64,000 bases of DNA from the NCBI GenBank assembly GCA_964016885.1, contig OZ024748.1, forward strand, positions 50,840,001-50,904,000. Reading direction: 5' to 3'. Source of the stretch: Eledone cirrhosa (Eukaryota). The notes under the pieces are model-generated. The model had not been told where the DNA came from. It did not search any database and saw nothing but the letters and a program-made list of their open reading frames with translations. Positions within the stretch are counted from its first letter, which is position 1, and each line of letters opens with the position of its first letter. Both the position numbers and the translations under genes were made by a program. This document shows positions 1-13,424 of this stretch, piece after piece.

Positions 1-192
1 TATATGCATATAAGTGTATGTGTATGAATGTGTCCATGTGTGTATGCCTCTGCGTGTTTGTTTTAATAAATGTGCTTGAGTGTCCCAGTACTTAACATTG
101 GATGGAAATAATAAGTATATACCATATAATTGACTTTGTGCACATTACTTGCTCTCTCCTTCTCTCACTCTCCCCCTATCTCTCTCACTCTC

Positions 193-262
<70 letters not shown>

Positions 263-1213
263 AACTATCTATCTATTAATCTATCACCCTCATTCGTCTT
301 TTCAATTCTGTCTGTCTTACTCACCAACGATTCACCTCTTCGCCTCCTCAGCTTTCAATCCAACTTTTCTCCTTTCCAATATAAAATTATCCCTACCTAC
401 AAAGGCAATTATTCGCATGGAACTTGAAATAATTGTCTTGCGTGGGAATAAAGAATAATTCCAGTAGCTTTTATCATAAGGAATCTTTTACATTTTCTTC
501 TATTCATTAATTTCTTGTACCGGAAACAAGCAAATCCCAGCATTATAGTTCCTGATCTTTGACACAAATCGAAATATTTGTTGTAAGCAAAAAGAAAAGG
601 AGATTAAACTCAGATGAAATAGTATTGCTGAAGAGATGAGGATAAGAAATAAATACGACTGAAACATAAGGCTATTAATCTAGCCTTTTAAATATGTATG
701 TACGTATGTATGTATGTAGGTATGTTTGTATGTATGTATTATGATTGTATGTATGTATATTTGTATGTGCGTATGTATTTATGTTTGTATGTTTGTATGA
801 CTATATATATATGTGTGTGTGTGTATCTATGTATTTATGTATGTACGCATGTTTGTATGTGTTTGTATGTTTGTTTGTATGTATGTACATTTGTTTGTAT
901 ATATATGTATGAACGTATATAAGCTCATATGTATATATGTATGTGCGTATGTATGTATATATGTAAGCATGTATAGACACACAAACATACATGAACACAT
1001 GTGTGAGTGTTTGTTTGTGTGTGTGCCAAATAAAGAATTATTGAGAAAGCCGCTCCACTGCCAATAGGATGTATAATGCCGGAGAAGAATAAATTAAAAA
1101 TGTCAGAAGGAAACAATACATTTTACACAAGATCTTTCATAATCTATTAATTTTTGGAGCTCCTTTTTAAATGAAGAAGGGCATGGCTACCATGTGCTAT
1201 TTTGTGTGGTGTT

Positions 1214-1646
1214 ATTGGCCATTAATGGAGATGTGGCATGCGCAGACCGCTCATAATATCCAATTAGCTCCATGTAACTGAACTTGTCTGTTGAGAAAAG
1301 ACATTTTGGTCCGTAAATTCGCAACGTTCCACTCGTTAGTTTCTATGGTAACCTGTACTAACTAGTAGAAAAGCCACCCTTCGGGTGGTTTTCTGCTAGC
1401 ATGTGTACTGTGTATGTTGATATTATACGCAGATATATATACATGTAGATATGATACATCAAATAAAATCGTAATTGACAATATATAATACATAGAAATT
1501 GAACGAAGACTGCGTTACACTGTCTTATTTAGTCAGTAACGTAATCCATGATGCATTAAAAAGACGATATTATATATAAACCGCATTAGAAGAAAATTAG
1601 TGACAGAAAATAAGTATGTTTATTTAAGCGATCACCACCGGAAGTG
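1214..1646. promoter_or_regulatory. Cluster of TF motifs (CCAAT, NRF1-like, RFX X-box, ETS); possible promoter or enhancer
   Basis: ATTGG 1214-1218, GCATGCGCA 1236-1244, CCAAT 1260-1264, GTTTCTATGGTAAC 1339-1352 (fits X-box RTHNYYWTRRNRAC) and ACCGGAAGTG 1637-1646 in a unique-looking island. No linked exon identified. Confidence 0.3.
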
Positions 1647-1755
1647 GTGACATTTCAGAAATTTTAAAGAAGTGAATCTTTAAATAAACAAAATATATTT
1701 AATCAACAGCCACGAAATTTAGTAGATAAATTATGTAATATTCATTCATTATTTA

Positions 1756-1862
1756 TCCCGCCGAGGTTAACTTTGCCCTTCATCCTTCCGGGGTCGATAA
1801 ATTAAAGTACCAGTAATGCACTGGTTATTGCTGGCCTTGTGCCAAAAGTAGAAACAATTATT
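1756..1862 (+). mobile_element. SINE family S2, 3' part
   Basis: Carries the cgccgaggttaactttgcc-ttcatcc-ggggtcgataaa-taaagtaccagt...gctggccttgtgcc-aaagtagaaacaatt core that recurs more than 20 times in the window. Confidence 0.85.
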
Positions 1863-2077
1863 TATTCAAAGTAATCCAACGTATTTTACAAACGGGATAA
1901 AAAAAAAAATTAACCGTACGCAATCCCGTCCTCCTGACTTTATTATAGTTTAGATATATTTCTTTATTTTACTTTGTTAATTGTTATTTTGCTTCCGTTT
2001 ACTTTACGCACACCACATACTCTTTATCCTTCACTCTCTCAAACACACACATATATCTATATGTGTGTACATATAGA

Positions 2078-2109
<32 letters not shown>

Positions 2110-2145
2110 CGTATAGACACATATATATATGTGTATGTGTGTGTT

Positions 2146-2186
<41 letters not shown>

Positions 2187-2584
2187 ACAATAGATGCATC
2201 TGTTTGTATCCTTGTTTTGTTGAATTGAATTTCTTCTGGTAAGACATTAATGTCTAAAGGGATTTCATGATATTGCAGCAGATAATCTTCAGTAATAAAA
2301 GGTGGATGCAGTGATAAAATATGGCGGTTGTAATGAAATATCGCTTCAACCCTTTTCCCCAACTTCTTATTAACGTAAAATATTACGAATTTATACACTT
2401 GCTGACTTTCTCTTCTGTCAATGAAGTGATAAGATATGATCAGTTCGAAATGATAGTATTAATTTTAGCGTTATTTTCTTGATATGTTTCTAATTTTCAA
2501 TCAGTTAATATTTACAATGTAACTTGAATAAGATATCGTTATCCGTCCGACTTTTATTCTCTCTATTTAATTTTTCTTCTGCAG

Positions 2585-2670
2585 CAAGTGGTAACATTAT
2601 CACAAACTCTACGAGGGTCACGGTGTATCCCACGCTCAAGCGTGAAACTAATATTAACACTTTATACTGA
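2585..2670 (+). CDS. Possible terminal coding exon (xSGNIITNSTRVTVYPTLKRETNINTLY*)
   Basis: Strong acceptor tttttcttctgcag ending at 2584, then 27 complex codons to TGA. No homology recognised and no partner exon found. Confidence 0.2.
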
Positions 2671-2755
2671 TTCTTCGATCCACGCTGTTTCTTTTTTGTT
2701 TACTGTTTCAACTATAATATATATATAGGAAATAGAAAAAACGAACTAACTAGAC

Positions 2756-2951
<196 letters not shown>

Positions 2952-3217
2952 AATGGAAGTACAGCATAGTCGAAGCTCGAGCCTTAGCTAAGCCAACAAA
3001 TGTAATCAGAAAGAGCAGTCAACCACTCGATAAGGTATAAAACCTTAGAGTAATAACATTACGTTTAAAGGGCTTTGCAAATTGAAGATAACAACCGGCG
3101 GTAATTCAGCCGCGGGTACCGTAGCAACGAAAGAACTGACTCACGAGAAAAGATACATATATATATATATATATATAGGAGGAAGTTATAGTTCACTTGA
3201 CGCATTGTGTAATGAGG

Positions 3218-3694
<477 letters not shown>

Positions 3695-3695
3695 T

Positions 3696-3791
<96 letters not shown>

Positions 3792-4062
3792 TATTATATA
3801 TATATATATAACAATGAACGTGTGTAAAATCGAAGTTGCAACATCGCATAGCATCTCTCGAAGCTTTGGATGAAGCACTCAGAGTGAAAATACAAAGAGG
3901 TTGATACAAAGTATGGTTAATATTGGACCTTGTCACCTTAGGTACCGATTTAGTTCCATGTATGTATAGATAGCTACACACACACACACACACACACATA
4001 TATGTATATATATATATATGTGTGTGTGTGTGTCTGTGTGTGTGTGTGTGTGCGTGTGCATG

Positions 4063-4175
4063 TGTCCAGGGTTCAATCAGGGTTAACCACAGTAAGGTAC
4101 TCAATACATAGCTTTCCTGATAACTTCCTTCGAATGAAACAATTCTAGTCGTGTAGAAGCCATTTCTATATTAAA
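4063..4175 (+). mobile_element. Hammerhead element family C, decayed copy (core CUGAUAA)
   Basis: Homologous to 13692-13812(-) and 61461-61526(-); G8A and stem III mutations. Confidence 0.7.
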
Positions 4176-4187
4176 CATTATATATAT

Positions 4188-4233
<46 letters not shown>

Positions 4234-4234
4234 C

Positions 4235-4266
<32 letters not shown>

Positions 4267-4271
4267 TGTGT

Positions 4272-4359
<88 letters not shown>

Positions 4360-4852
4360 TGTGGTCGACCTAAGGTAAATAGATATAACGGTTTTTAGTT
4401 AAAAATATGATGGAAGGATTTAGATACATATTCACGTTTTAAATCAAATAGATTTTGTCGAACAATTGGAAGCTATTCATCATCAAATCTGTTAAACAGT
4501 GAATCTTATTTTGTATTTGTAAACACCTGCTTACTGTTGCATATTTCCTTACCCTTTAATAGATTAGGTACATATTTACTAACAGAAAAATTAAAGTGTT
4601 TGTCGGAAAGTCACATGGCTTTAAAATAAACGAACTATCTGCCTATGAAATGGTTGTCATGCTTGCTATTTCCTTTGCCGTAGTTATAAGTTAGCTCACG
4701 TTTAAAATTTCGTCATCCCTGCTTACCTGCATCTATGAAACCATTAAAATCTTACAAGCAAATGCCCAGATATTTGATCCATAAATGTTACTTCAATAGC
4801 AACAAAATGTTTGTGTAGCGAACTTAAATCAACGCATAATTTAATACATGCT

Positions 4853-4913
<61 letters not shown>

Positions 4914-4935
4914 GCATGCGAACAGAACTGCAGAC

Positions 4936-4970
4936 ACTAATGTTTCTGGGTATCACCCTTCATCAGTTAC
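4936..4970 (-). ncRNA. Decayed hammerhead-like motif
   Basis: CUGAUGA-A-GGGU/gau/ACCC-A-GAAAC on minus strand; stems I and III imperfect. Confidence 0.45.
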
Positions 4971-5244
4971 AGCTCACTGTTCACCTGCCAAACAGTCAGA
5001 GCTAGTGAAAATATATGCTATTTTCAAAAATACACAGTGACTGATCGGCCTGATTTCATATTAGCAGATCCACTGATCAGCCAGATTTGCATATCAGCAG
5101 ACTGGCCAGTCAGTTCCTGTATACGAGCGACACATGGCCGGCTTTGGCAAATTCAAATAAAAAAGAAAATTTTGCTCTACATTGCTGAATACAATAAATG
5201 TAATCTGAGTTTTTCGAATATTAATAATTGTTTCTACTTTTGGC

Positions 5245-5444
5245 NNNNNNNNNNNNNNNNNNNNNNNNNNNNNNNNNNNNNNNNNNNNNNNNNNNNNNNN
5301 NNNNNNNNNNNNNNNNNNNNNNNNNNNNNNNNNNNNNNNNNNNNNNNNNNNNNNNNNNNNNNNNNNNNNNNNNNNNNNNNNNNNNNNNNNNNNNNNNNNN
5401 NNNNNNNNNNNNNNNNNNNNNNNNNNNNNNNNNNNNNNNNNNNN
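5245..5444. other. Assembly gap (200 N)
   Basis: Run of N; contiguity across it is not guaranteed. Confidence 0.99.
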
Positions 5445-6033
5445 ATCGATGGCTGAGGATCGTTTTGAGAAATGTGTCATACATATATTTCTCTCTAACC
5501 TTCAACAGTGTATATATCCTTGGTTTGACTTTTACTAAATATCACAGGCCATTCAAATTATTTCATATTTACTTTGCCAGGAACGCGTGATTGCTTTCAT
5601 TTTGCTTTTATCTATATAGTTTAGTAGAATCAGTAGACTGGAGACGAAGTGTTTACTTCGTTAATAGAAACGCTTTAAATTTGTAAATCTCCTATCAATT
5701 TGTGCACTTTCCCTGTTTTACATAATTAACTATTCTTACCTTACGGCTATTTAATTGGACGATATTTGATACACTTTTAGCATTTTTCTGTGTTGTTGTA
5801 TTTACTTAGCAATTCATTAAGAAGGAAAATTAAATTCTTTCCCTCTGTACGCACCAACTAGTGTTATCTGTCTAATACAGCTGAACAAAATGTCGATAAA
5901 TATATAATTCTTTCTCTCGTTCCCTTCCCCCCTCCTCCCACATATATATATATGTACATATATAATTATATATGTACTAATAAACCTTTGTTTGTACTAC
6001 CTCTCTGTTTTCGTTCCCGTTTCCAATTTTCAC

Positions 6034-6066
<33 letters not shown>

Positions 6067-6757
6067 ATATATATATGTGTAAGCCTTTGTATATATACTC
6101 ATACATAAGTTAATAAATAGCTGGATATTGTTTTATATCACTAATAGTTTCGTTCTTTGATGGTTCTTCAGGTAGTGTATCTTTATCTATCTTGATCCAC
6201 TTTATTTGTTGGTTGTTAAAATTAGAATGGTGATAAATCTTTTTCTTGTTGTTTTTTAATTCTGAATCAAGCTTTCCCCATCGGCCAAACTCTATTATTA
6301 TAATCTCTGTATGATCGTTTCAGAAAGTTTAACCAAACACAGTTTCGTGTATCTTTATAAGTCTCACTCTCCCTGTTGGCCTGAGTGTTACTGATATATG
6401 TACACATATACACACAGACACACACGCACGCACACACACACACACACAAACACACGCACGCGCGCACACACACACACACATACAAACATATATTTACATA
6501 TATGCCAGTGTTATTCAAAAGTATGGCTTTCTAAATGTTTATTTATAAACATACCGTATTCCTTTAGCAATACGAAATTCAAATACATATTTGTATACAG
6601 CGATCCTCCAAGCTAAATTCTAATTCTATTCTATTATAAGTTGAGCCAACCTATACATATTCATATGCAAATGAGATTAATCAGCTCATTTACACAGATG
6701 AAATCACTATATAATTTCGCCTGTTTTAAAAGTCCGGCTGTTGCAAGAGCGGGAGAG

Positions 6758-6801
6758 ATCGTCCTGACGAGAACCAGTTGAGTTCGAAATGCATCAACGA
6801 T
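6758..6801 (+). ncRNA. Type I hammerhead ribozyme, minimal form with palindromic stem III
   Basis: AUCGUC-CUGACGA-GAAC/caguuga/GUUC-GAAA-UGCA-UC-AACGAU: canonical core, AUC triplet, one mismatch at the first stem I pair. Confidence 0.75.
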
Positions 6802-6865
6802 TGTCCAGCTTCTGCCAGGCACCGCCTGGTGGCGTTAGCTGTCAGTTTTTTATTCACATATATAT

Positions 6866-7075
6866 ATTTTGCAAGAGATGCCAATATGAATGGACCTGTT
6901 ATTTTTATCTAATTTTTTTCCAATTCCAACCGACCCATCCCCTCAATCTATCTTATTTCTCATTCTTTTTTCTGATGAAGGACTAGCGTCCTAAACGTTA
7001 AGAACCTCTTCTTGCTATATCAAGCGTTAACCTAATATATCCCTTCCATATACTTTACCGATTGTGTTTTTTACA
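6866..7075 (+). mobile_element. Family A Penelope-like 3' end with hammerhead (G12U inactivating change)
   Basis: Homologous to 12227-12470; CUGAUGAAGGACUAGCGUCC-UAAAC at 6972-6996; TA-flanked. Confidence 0.75.
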
Positions 7076-7323
7076 TATATATATATCAACAGTAGCCATA
7101 AACAATTTATTTGTAAAGAGATGTCACACAAATCTAATTATTCTGTTTTAATGAGGTGGTCATATCTTATAGAAAAGAATAGAATATAGAAACTAGAAAA
7201 TATTTAGGAAAAGGATTGTACGTTCATTGGCAATTTTTCTGTCTACATTAATACAATATCTATATTGTTCTATATGCGCATTAATTGATTTATTAACGGA
7301 TTGAGGTCATATTAATTCTATTT

Positions 7324-7425
7324 GAGGTTGACTTTGCCTTTCATCATTACGGGGTCGATAAAATAAAGTACCAGTAATGCACTGGGTAATTGCTGGCCTT
7401 GTGCCTAAAGTAGAAACAATCATTT
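7324..7425 (+). mobile_element. SINE family S2, 3' part
   Basis: S2 core match. Confidence 0.85.
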
Positions 7426-7550
7426 AATTATATGTAAAATATTGTTTTAAGACAAAATAAAGATATTCTTTGAAAAATAGTAAATGAAAATATACTAAAA
7501 CTAAACACAAGTTATATGTATATATGTATATATATATATATTTATATATA

Positions 7551-7586
<36 letters not shown>

Positions 7587-7588
<2 letters not shown>

Positions 7589-8125
7589 AATTATTAAAAA
7601 AATAATGAATAAACAAAGAAACAGTTCCTTATGTTAAACAAAAAAGTTCATTATTTTACGATCGTTTCTAGGACATATATGTGTTAGAATTGGTATGCAT
7701 ATTCAAAAGATCTATGTACAAAATTATACAAACTATCAGAGGGAATATACATACCTTCACACATATATGCTGTCTTCATATATGCTGTCTTCATTATTTC
7801 TGAAGACAGCATATATGTGTGAAGGTATGTATATTCCCTCTGATAGTTTGTATAATTTTGTACATATAGATCTTTTGAATATGCATACCAATTCTAACAC
7901 ATATATGTCCTAGAAACGATCGTAAAATAATGAACTTTTTTTGTTTAATATAAGGAACTGTTTCTTTGTTTATTCATTATTTTTTTAATAATTTATCTTG
8001 ACTCTGTTTTCCGTTTATCTTTCACCGAAAGTGGTTTTTGAATGCATCTCTTCTTTTCATGATATCCGGATTACATTGAGTTCTTCATACGGATTGGACA
8101 CTACCGTAAACTTTTGGTAGATTTA

Positions 8126-8128
<3 letters not shown>
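7587..8128 (+). mobile_element. Hammerhead element with inverted partial copy (palindrome 7587-7995, arms about 190 bp), TA-flanked
   Basis: 7587-7778 is the reverse complement of 7801-7995 with few differences; 15-nt tandem duplication at 7779-7793; right arm continues uniquely to the TA tract at about 8128. Confidence 0.9.
7790..7934 (+). ncRNA. Type I hammerhead with long stem II (about 105 nt)
   Basis: Stem I UUCAUUAUUU(7790-99)/AAAUAAUGAA(7925-34), 10 bp perfect; CUGAAGA 7800-06; stem II helices CAUAUAUGUGU/ACACAUAUAUG and GGUAUGUAUAUUC/GAAUAUGCAUACC; GAAA 7913-16; stem III ACGAUCGU; GUA triplet. The base of stem II is imperfect. Confidence 0.75.
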
Positions 8129-8173
<45 letters not shown>

Positions 8174-8606
8174 CGTATATATATATATATGTATATATAT
8201 ATACATACGTATATATATATATATATGTATATATATATACATACGTATATATATATATATACATATATATATATACATATATATATATATACGCGTATCT
8301 ATATCTGGTATCGGAATCCTTTGTCCCTAAGGTTTTTTAGTAAGCCACTTCAACTATCAGGTCATGCACAAATTAATTCTATGTTGCAATTTCATAATTT
8401 GGTGTGATTTACCAAGAGCATTAGATATTCCATTAGTATTAATACAGGTGCAATATCCAGATATTGATTAAACTATTATAGATTATATATTCTAGTATTT
8501 AATTCTCTTTTACTGAAATTGCATTTATACTACGTATACACACACACGCACACACACGTGCACACAAACACACCCACACACTCACAAACACTAACACACA
8601 CACACA

Positions 8607-8696
<90 letters not shown>

Positions 8697-8699
8697 CAT

Positions 8700-8870
8700 G
8701 CCCGTCATATCAATTTTTCTGTTTCTTCTTTACTTTTTCATTCTTCCTTTTGATGAACGACTAGCGACCGAAACGTTATGAACCTCTTCTTGCTATTTCA
8801 AGCGTTAAACTAATATTTTCCTTCCATATAATGTGCTGTACTTTTTTTAATTCTGTTTGCCTTTTACATA
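8700..8870 (+). mobile_element. Family A copy, decayed hammerhead
   Basis: ttgatgaacgactagcgaccgaaacgtt plus family A 3' tail. Confidence 0.7.
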
Positions 8871-9393
8871 TATATATGTGTGTATGTATGTGCGTGTGTG
8901 TTTGTGTGTGTGGGTGAATGTGTGTGTGTATTTGTGCGTGTTTGTGTGTGTGTGTGTTTGTATGTGTGTGTTTGTTTGTTGGAATCATCAATGCTGGAAA
9001 TAGCTAACAAGTGGAAATTGTAAACCCAAAAGGATATCTTGTCATCAAATAAAATCTGAAATCTAGAGAGAGACACGTGAAATGACGAACGTTTGCTGGC
9101 AATGACGATTCAGAGACTACCTGATATGCTTGTGATAACCGACTCCAGCAGCGTGATTATATAAAGAAATGTATGTTTCTGTTACGGTAGGTCTAAAACC
9201 GTTAACACATAAAATCCGTCAAAAACCTGCTTAATTTTGATTAGGCTGTCAAAAAAAAAAAGACATTTTTATAACAATACTCAAACGCATGTGATAAACA
9301 GCTCATCTATATGATAATCATTAGCGTAAATTCAAAGGGTTTCTAAAATATCATATGAACATTACTGGCAGTATCTCCTCTCCTATTAGTTAG

Positions 9394-9431
<38 letters not shown>

Positions 9432-9436
<5 letters not shown>

Positions 9437-9840
9437 CTACCTACCGTTCCGACTTCCTCCCCCTCCCCCTCCCCTGTATCTTCTTTGACCTCATGCCCAG
9501 CTGTGGCTGGCACTACAAACGCTTGATTGGGGCTACTCCACCCCCTCCCCTCTTTCTCCTACTGGCAGGTTTAGCCACCATCTCCCCTACTAATTTGCAA
9601 CCACAGAATTACTACTGATTTTTGACAATCACTTTGACCATATATGGAATTACCCCTTGAGAAGATCGGCTATTTAAATACCAGGATAAATTTTCATTTA
9701 GTCCAGAATTAGCCGTCGAAACGGCTTGAGCTCAGCTGTCGGGGTCTTACTGGTTCCTATTACCCACTCTACTACCTCAAGTATTGAGTACTTTGGTGCG
9801 TTATGGTCCACCTGGTTCCTTACCACATTTCCTTCGTTAT
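9432..9840 (+). mobile_element. Hammerhead element family B (about 410 bp) between TA tracts
   Basis: 3' half homologous to copies at 20467-20910 and 21789-21955; contains a complete hammerhead. Confidence 0.8.
9652..9745 (+). ncRNA. Type I hammerhead, U3-A8 core variant
   Basis: ACCCC-UUGAGAA-GA(U)CGGCUA...UAGCCGUC-GAAA-CGGCU/ugagcuc/AGCUG-UC-GGGGU: all three stems form, GUC triplet. Confidence 0.8.
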
Positions 9841-10033
9841 ATATATATATATACTACCTCTTCTACGGCCTCGATATGAATACCCCCTCCGCCTCCGTGG
9901 TATTTTTTTCGTGGTTATAAGAGGCTTAGCTCTGTTTCTCGACCGTTATATCGCGTGACTATCTCCCCCTCCGCCTTTTGGGATTCTTTCTCACGTCGTG
10001 TAGACGCGTTCTTGAGACTAGTAAAATGAGGTA

Positions 10034-10121
10034 TCCTCTTGATAAGTCGGCAGACCTCGCAAGGACTCTATATCTTTGATATATTGTTTTTGTTTATGCC
10101 ACGAAACTACGTAGTCGAGGA
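10034..10121 (+). ncRNA. Type I hammerhead, U3-A8 core variant (second, unrelated family)
   Basis: UCCUC-UUGAUAA-GU(C)GGCA...UGCCAC-GAAA-CUACGUAG-UC-GAGGA: 5 bp stem I, palindromic stem III ACUACGUAGU, GUC triplet. Confidence 0.8.
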
Positions 10122-11018
10122 ATTTAGGAACAGTTTAGGTATGATACATTTTATTACTAATTATATCTAAATGTTTCTTCTCTCTTCATAATGTATTTTT
10201 AACTCTGATACTGGTTCAGTCTGGTTCAAACTGAATTGGTCTGTCCCAGTCATTCATTGAGCAACATCGGTGAAGTTGGCACCCTTAACTCACAGTTGGG
10301 TGCGGATGCATTCATGTATATATGTGTGTGTCCGCATGTATCTGTGTGTTTCTAAATGTATATATATATATATATATATATACGATATTAAACAAATGGA
10401 AACTATATTTATAAAACCATATTTATTTCATTATATATATTTCAGGGATATCATATTAAAAATATGGTATGCCTTCCTCAGACAAAATACAATATATAAA
10501 CAGTTTTATAAATAAATTTGACATACCATTAAACAGTGCAACTTCCATTTAACAAAATCTGTTGAGTGCTTTTATATCAGTTATAAAATATTTACTCGTT
10601 GTAACCCAACAATTTTAAATAAAACTTTTGCATATATATATATATATATATATATATGGCTGTACATCGCGGTAAAGAATCTGTATCATTTGTCTATTAT
10701 TTCTTCATAAGTACATTTTAAACTTATAGCCTCGTTTAAATGATTTTTTTATGTGGTTGATTTATACTGATTGGGAGAGGAAATACTGTATATATTTTAT
10801 CTCCTAGCCTGTAGAAATTGACTAGACAAATAGCTAACTACACAGAATTAGGTACAAAATAGAACTTTGAAGAAAAAATGGACTAAGTTTCTTCTACCAT
10901 GATCCCAGCCAGAAATGAATTCAAAATGGCTAAGAACCATCACGTGGCCAGTGGTCAAGGCAGAAAGTTTGTGATTGGTGCCTGTCGACGAGTAGGCACC
11001 AATATATATATATGTGTG

Positions 11019-11085
<67 letters not shown>

Positions 11086-11101
11086 GTGTGTGTGCGTGCG
11101 C

Positions 11102-11300
11102 GAAAAGTACACAGAAACAACAAAGCAAGTGATACAGTTCAATAAAGAAATATATTAATTTAACACTTGCTATAGTATGAAAAGATTGTTAAGGTTTCGG
11201 AACCTAGTCCTTCATCAGAAGAGATATAAAAGAAAATATGAAAGCAATAAAAGACAATGAGAAAAGAAAACACGTCAGCCATATGTATATACATGGTCGC
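11102..11300 (-). mobile_element. Family A-related copy with damaged hammerhead (11187-11222)
   Basis: Minus strand CUGAUGAAGGACUAGGUUCCGAAACCUU; 3' tail resembles family A. Confidence 0.65.
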
Positions 11301-11702
11301 ACAAATACGAAGAGACACAGACACACACACACGCGCACTCCCCCCCCCATATATAAATATATATATATATATACAGGATTGGGTATAAAGATCTTCCACA
11401 TTTGGAGCGGGCACTGTGTGGGCTTAGTGGCGCTAGAAGGGTGGGGCAGGTCTCATTCGTTAGGCTAGTAAAATTGGAGTGCTGTCGGTTAGGAGTGGTC
11501 AATCTAACCAAAGCACATAGACGTAAAACAAACCTGAGTCAAATATCTCCAATTTTACTTTGTATTTTTCGTCTCCGTGTACCCAGCTTGTGTTTACCAT
11601 GATTCTTTTTTTACTGTTATGCAATACGCCTGATGATGTCGCTGGAATTCAACAGGCCTTCAACTTTAAAGAAATTCCAGCCTCCTGTCACTTTATTTAA
11701 AA

Positions 11703-11811
11703 TATATTTTACATCATGGATCACAGGCTTCGCGCACCAGGACTGAACAAAGTATGATTCCTTGGGCCTTATTCCCCTCTTGGATTCAACTCAACACCCC
11801 AATTTCTTTAA
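11703..11811 (+). pseudogene. Relic of a Penelope-like GIY-YIG endonuclease C-terminus
   Basis: With one frameshift at 11760 it reads YILHHGSQASRTRTEQSMI/LGPYSPLGFNSTPQFL*, resembling the R..E...I..L....P.G.N end of Penelope-like ORFs (recalled motif). Followed by a UTR-like stretch leading into the family A hammerhead. Confidence 0.55.
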
Positions 11812-12226
11812 TAACCCGTCCATTATCACACGCGCTTGTACATTTACCCTTAGATTCCTATCTCTCTCTCTTGATCATTAATATATTCTCTTACAACTAA
11901 TACAGACCGACTAAATATACTCACTCCACTTTTCCTTTCACAACTCTGTATACACACATGCCCACCCTAATATTAACATACTTTTGCTCATACCTTCGTA
12001 CTTACATGCACACTCAGTCTTTTATTTACATATACACACACATTTCCTCTTAGCTTCGTAAGGACGTATAATAACACACACACCCACACACAAACACATG
12101 CTTACGTATGTGCACAAGCATAGCTCTTTTTACAAAACGTTTTTTTTTTTTACATTTCAGTTAGACGCGCTCCATCATCCACTTTTCTAAAAAAATAAAT
12201 CATACACAAAACGCCAGCACCAATAG

Positions 12227-12466
12227 TTTTGCAAGAGATGTCAACATGAATGGACCTGTTATTTTTATTTAAAGACATTTTTTTCCAATTCCAACCCACT
12301 CGTCCCCGCAATCTATCTTATTTCTATCTTATTTCTCATTCTTTCTTCTGATGAAGGACTAGCGTCCGAAACGTTAAGACCCTCTTCCTGCTATATCAAG
12401 CGTTAACCTAATATATCCCTTCCATATACTGTACCGATTGTGCTGTTATTTCTGTTTACTTTTTAC

Positions 12467-12470
<4 letters not shown>
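12227..12470 (+). mobile_element. Family A Penelope-like 3' end, best-preserved copy
   Basis: Four or more homologous copies in the window; ends in a TA tract. Confidence 0.8.
12344..12379 (+). ncRNA. Minimal type I hammerhead (dimer-type)
   Basis: UCUU-CUGAUGA-A-GGAC/uagc/GUCC-GAA-ACGU-U-AAGA: loopless palindromic stem III ACGU, GUU triplet. Confidence 0.8.
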
Positions 12471-12533
<63 letters not shown>

Positions 12534-12534
12534 G

Positions 12535-12590
12535 CTGATGAACCTAGGTTATTTCATTTCTGTCAACAACTTACTGGCGAAACAGATCAC
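12535..12590 (+). ncRNA. Decayed hammerhead-like motif
   Basis: CUGAUGA at 12535, imperfect stem II (UAGGUU/AACUUA, CC/GG), GAAAC at 12579, AUC; stem I not evident. Confidence 0.35.
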
Positions 12591-13275
12591 TTTGGATTTG
12601 TACGTGTGTTATATAGTTATAGAGGTATTTATTTACGCTTTAATTATTATTTTTAATTATCGTGTCTATATATCTGCCTTTCATAGGTTATAGATTCTAT
12701 ACACTGGTGGTTTGTCCCTGTTTTATTGATGGCGCACTGTATCTCTCTCTAGTGTGTTACCTTTTCAACATATTGTATTTTAAAGTGCTCAGGATTTCCT
12801 CTCCTTTGAGCACATTATTTACAGGGAACGGCGTGAGTCTATGGCTCCGTTAATGTATCGTGATATATATATATATCGATGTTTAGCTTCACGTGTATTA
12901 TATATATACAACGTGAATCTAAACCTCGAGTATTCATGTGCGCTAAAGTACAGTAACTTCACGTTACCCTCCTGGATATATATATATTATTGAATAAAGT
13001 GACCTATATATTGTTATACTTCGGGAGGGTCATGCTACCAATAAAATATGTATGTGCACGATGTATGTATATTTGAGAAAATATATTCCTGACAAAAGTA
13101 TCTTTGTATTCAACCTACAAGGGCTTGTGGCAGTAACAATGTAGCCAGCATTATAGAGCAAAACGACAGATAATTATGAGAAATAAATATACATTCTCTA
13201 TTCTTTTCTATTGAATACAGATTTGAAATTTTCAAACGTTTTTCCTTTACTCTCATAGTGAGAATATAAAAGGAC

Positions 13276-13424
<149 letters not shown>

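Noticed and set aside
3863-3900. Hammerhead-like relic (ctttg-gatga...gaaaatacaaag); similar case at 6139-6177(-)
   Set aside because: Core or stem II too degraded to call as a feature.
11629-11690. CUGAUGA followed by a GCUGGAAUU/AAUUCCAGC hairpin
   Set aside because: No GAAA or cleavage triplet after the stem, so not counted as a hammerhead.
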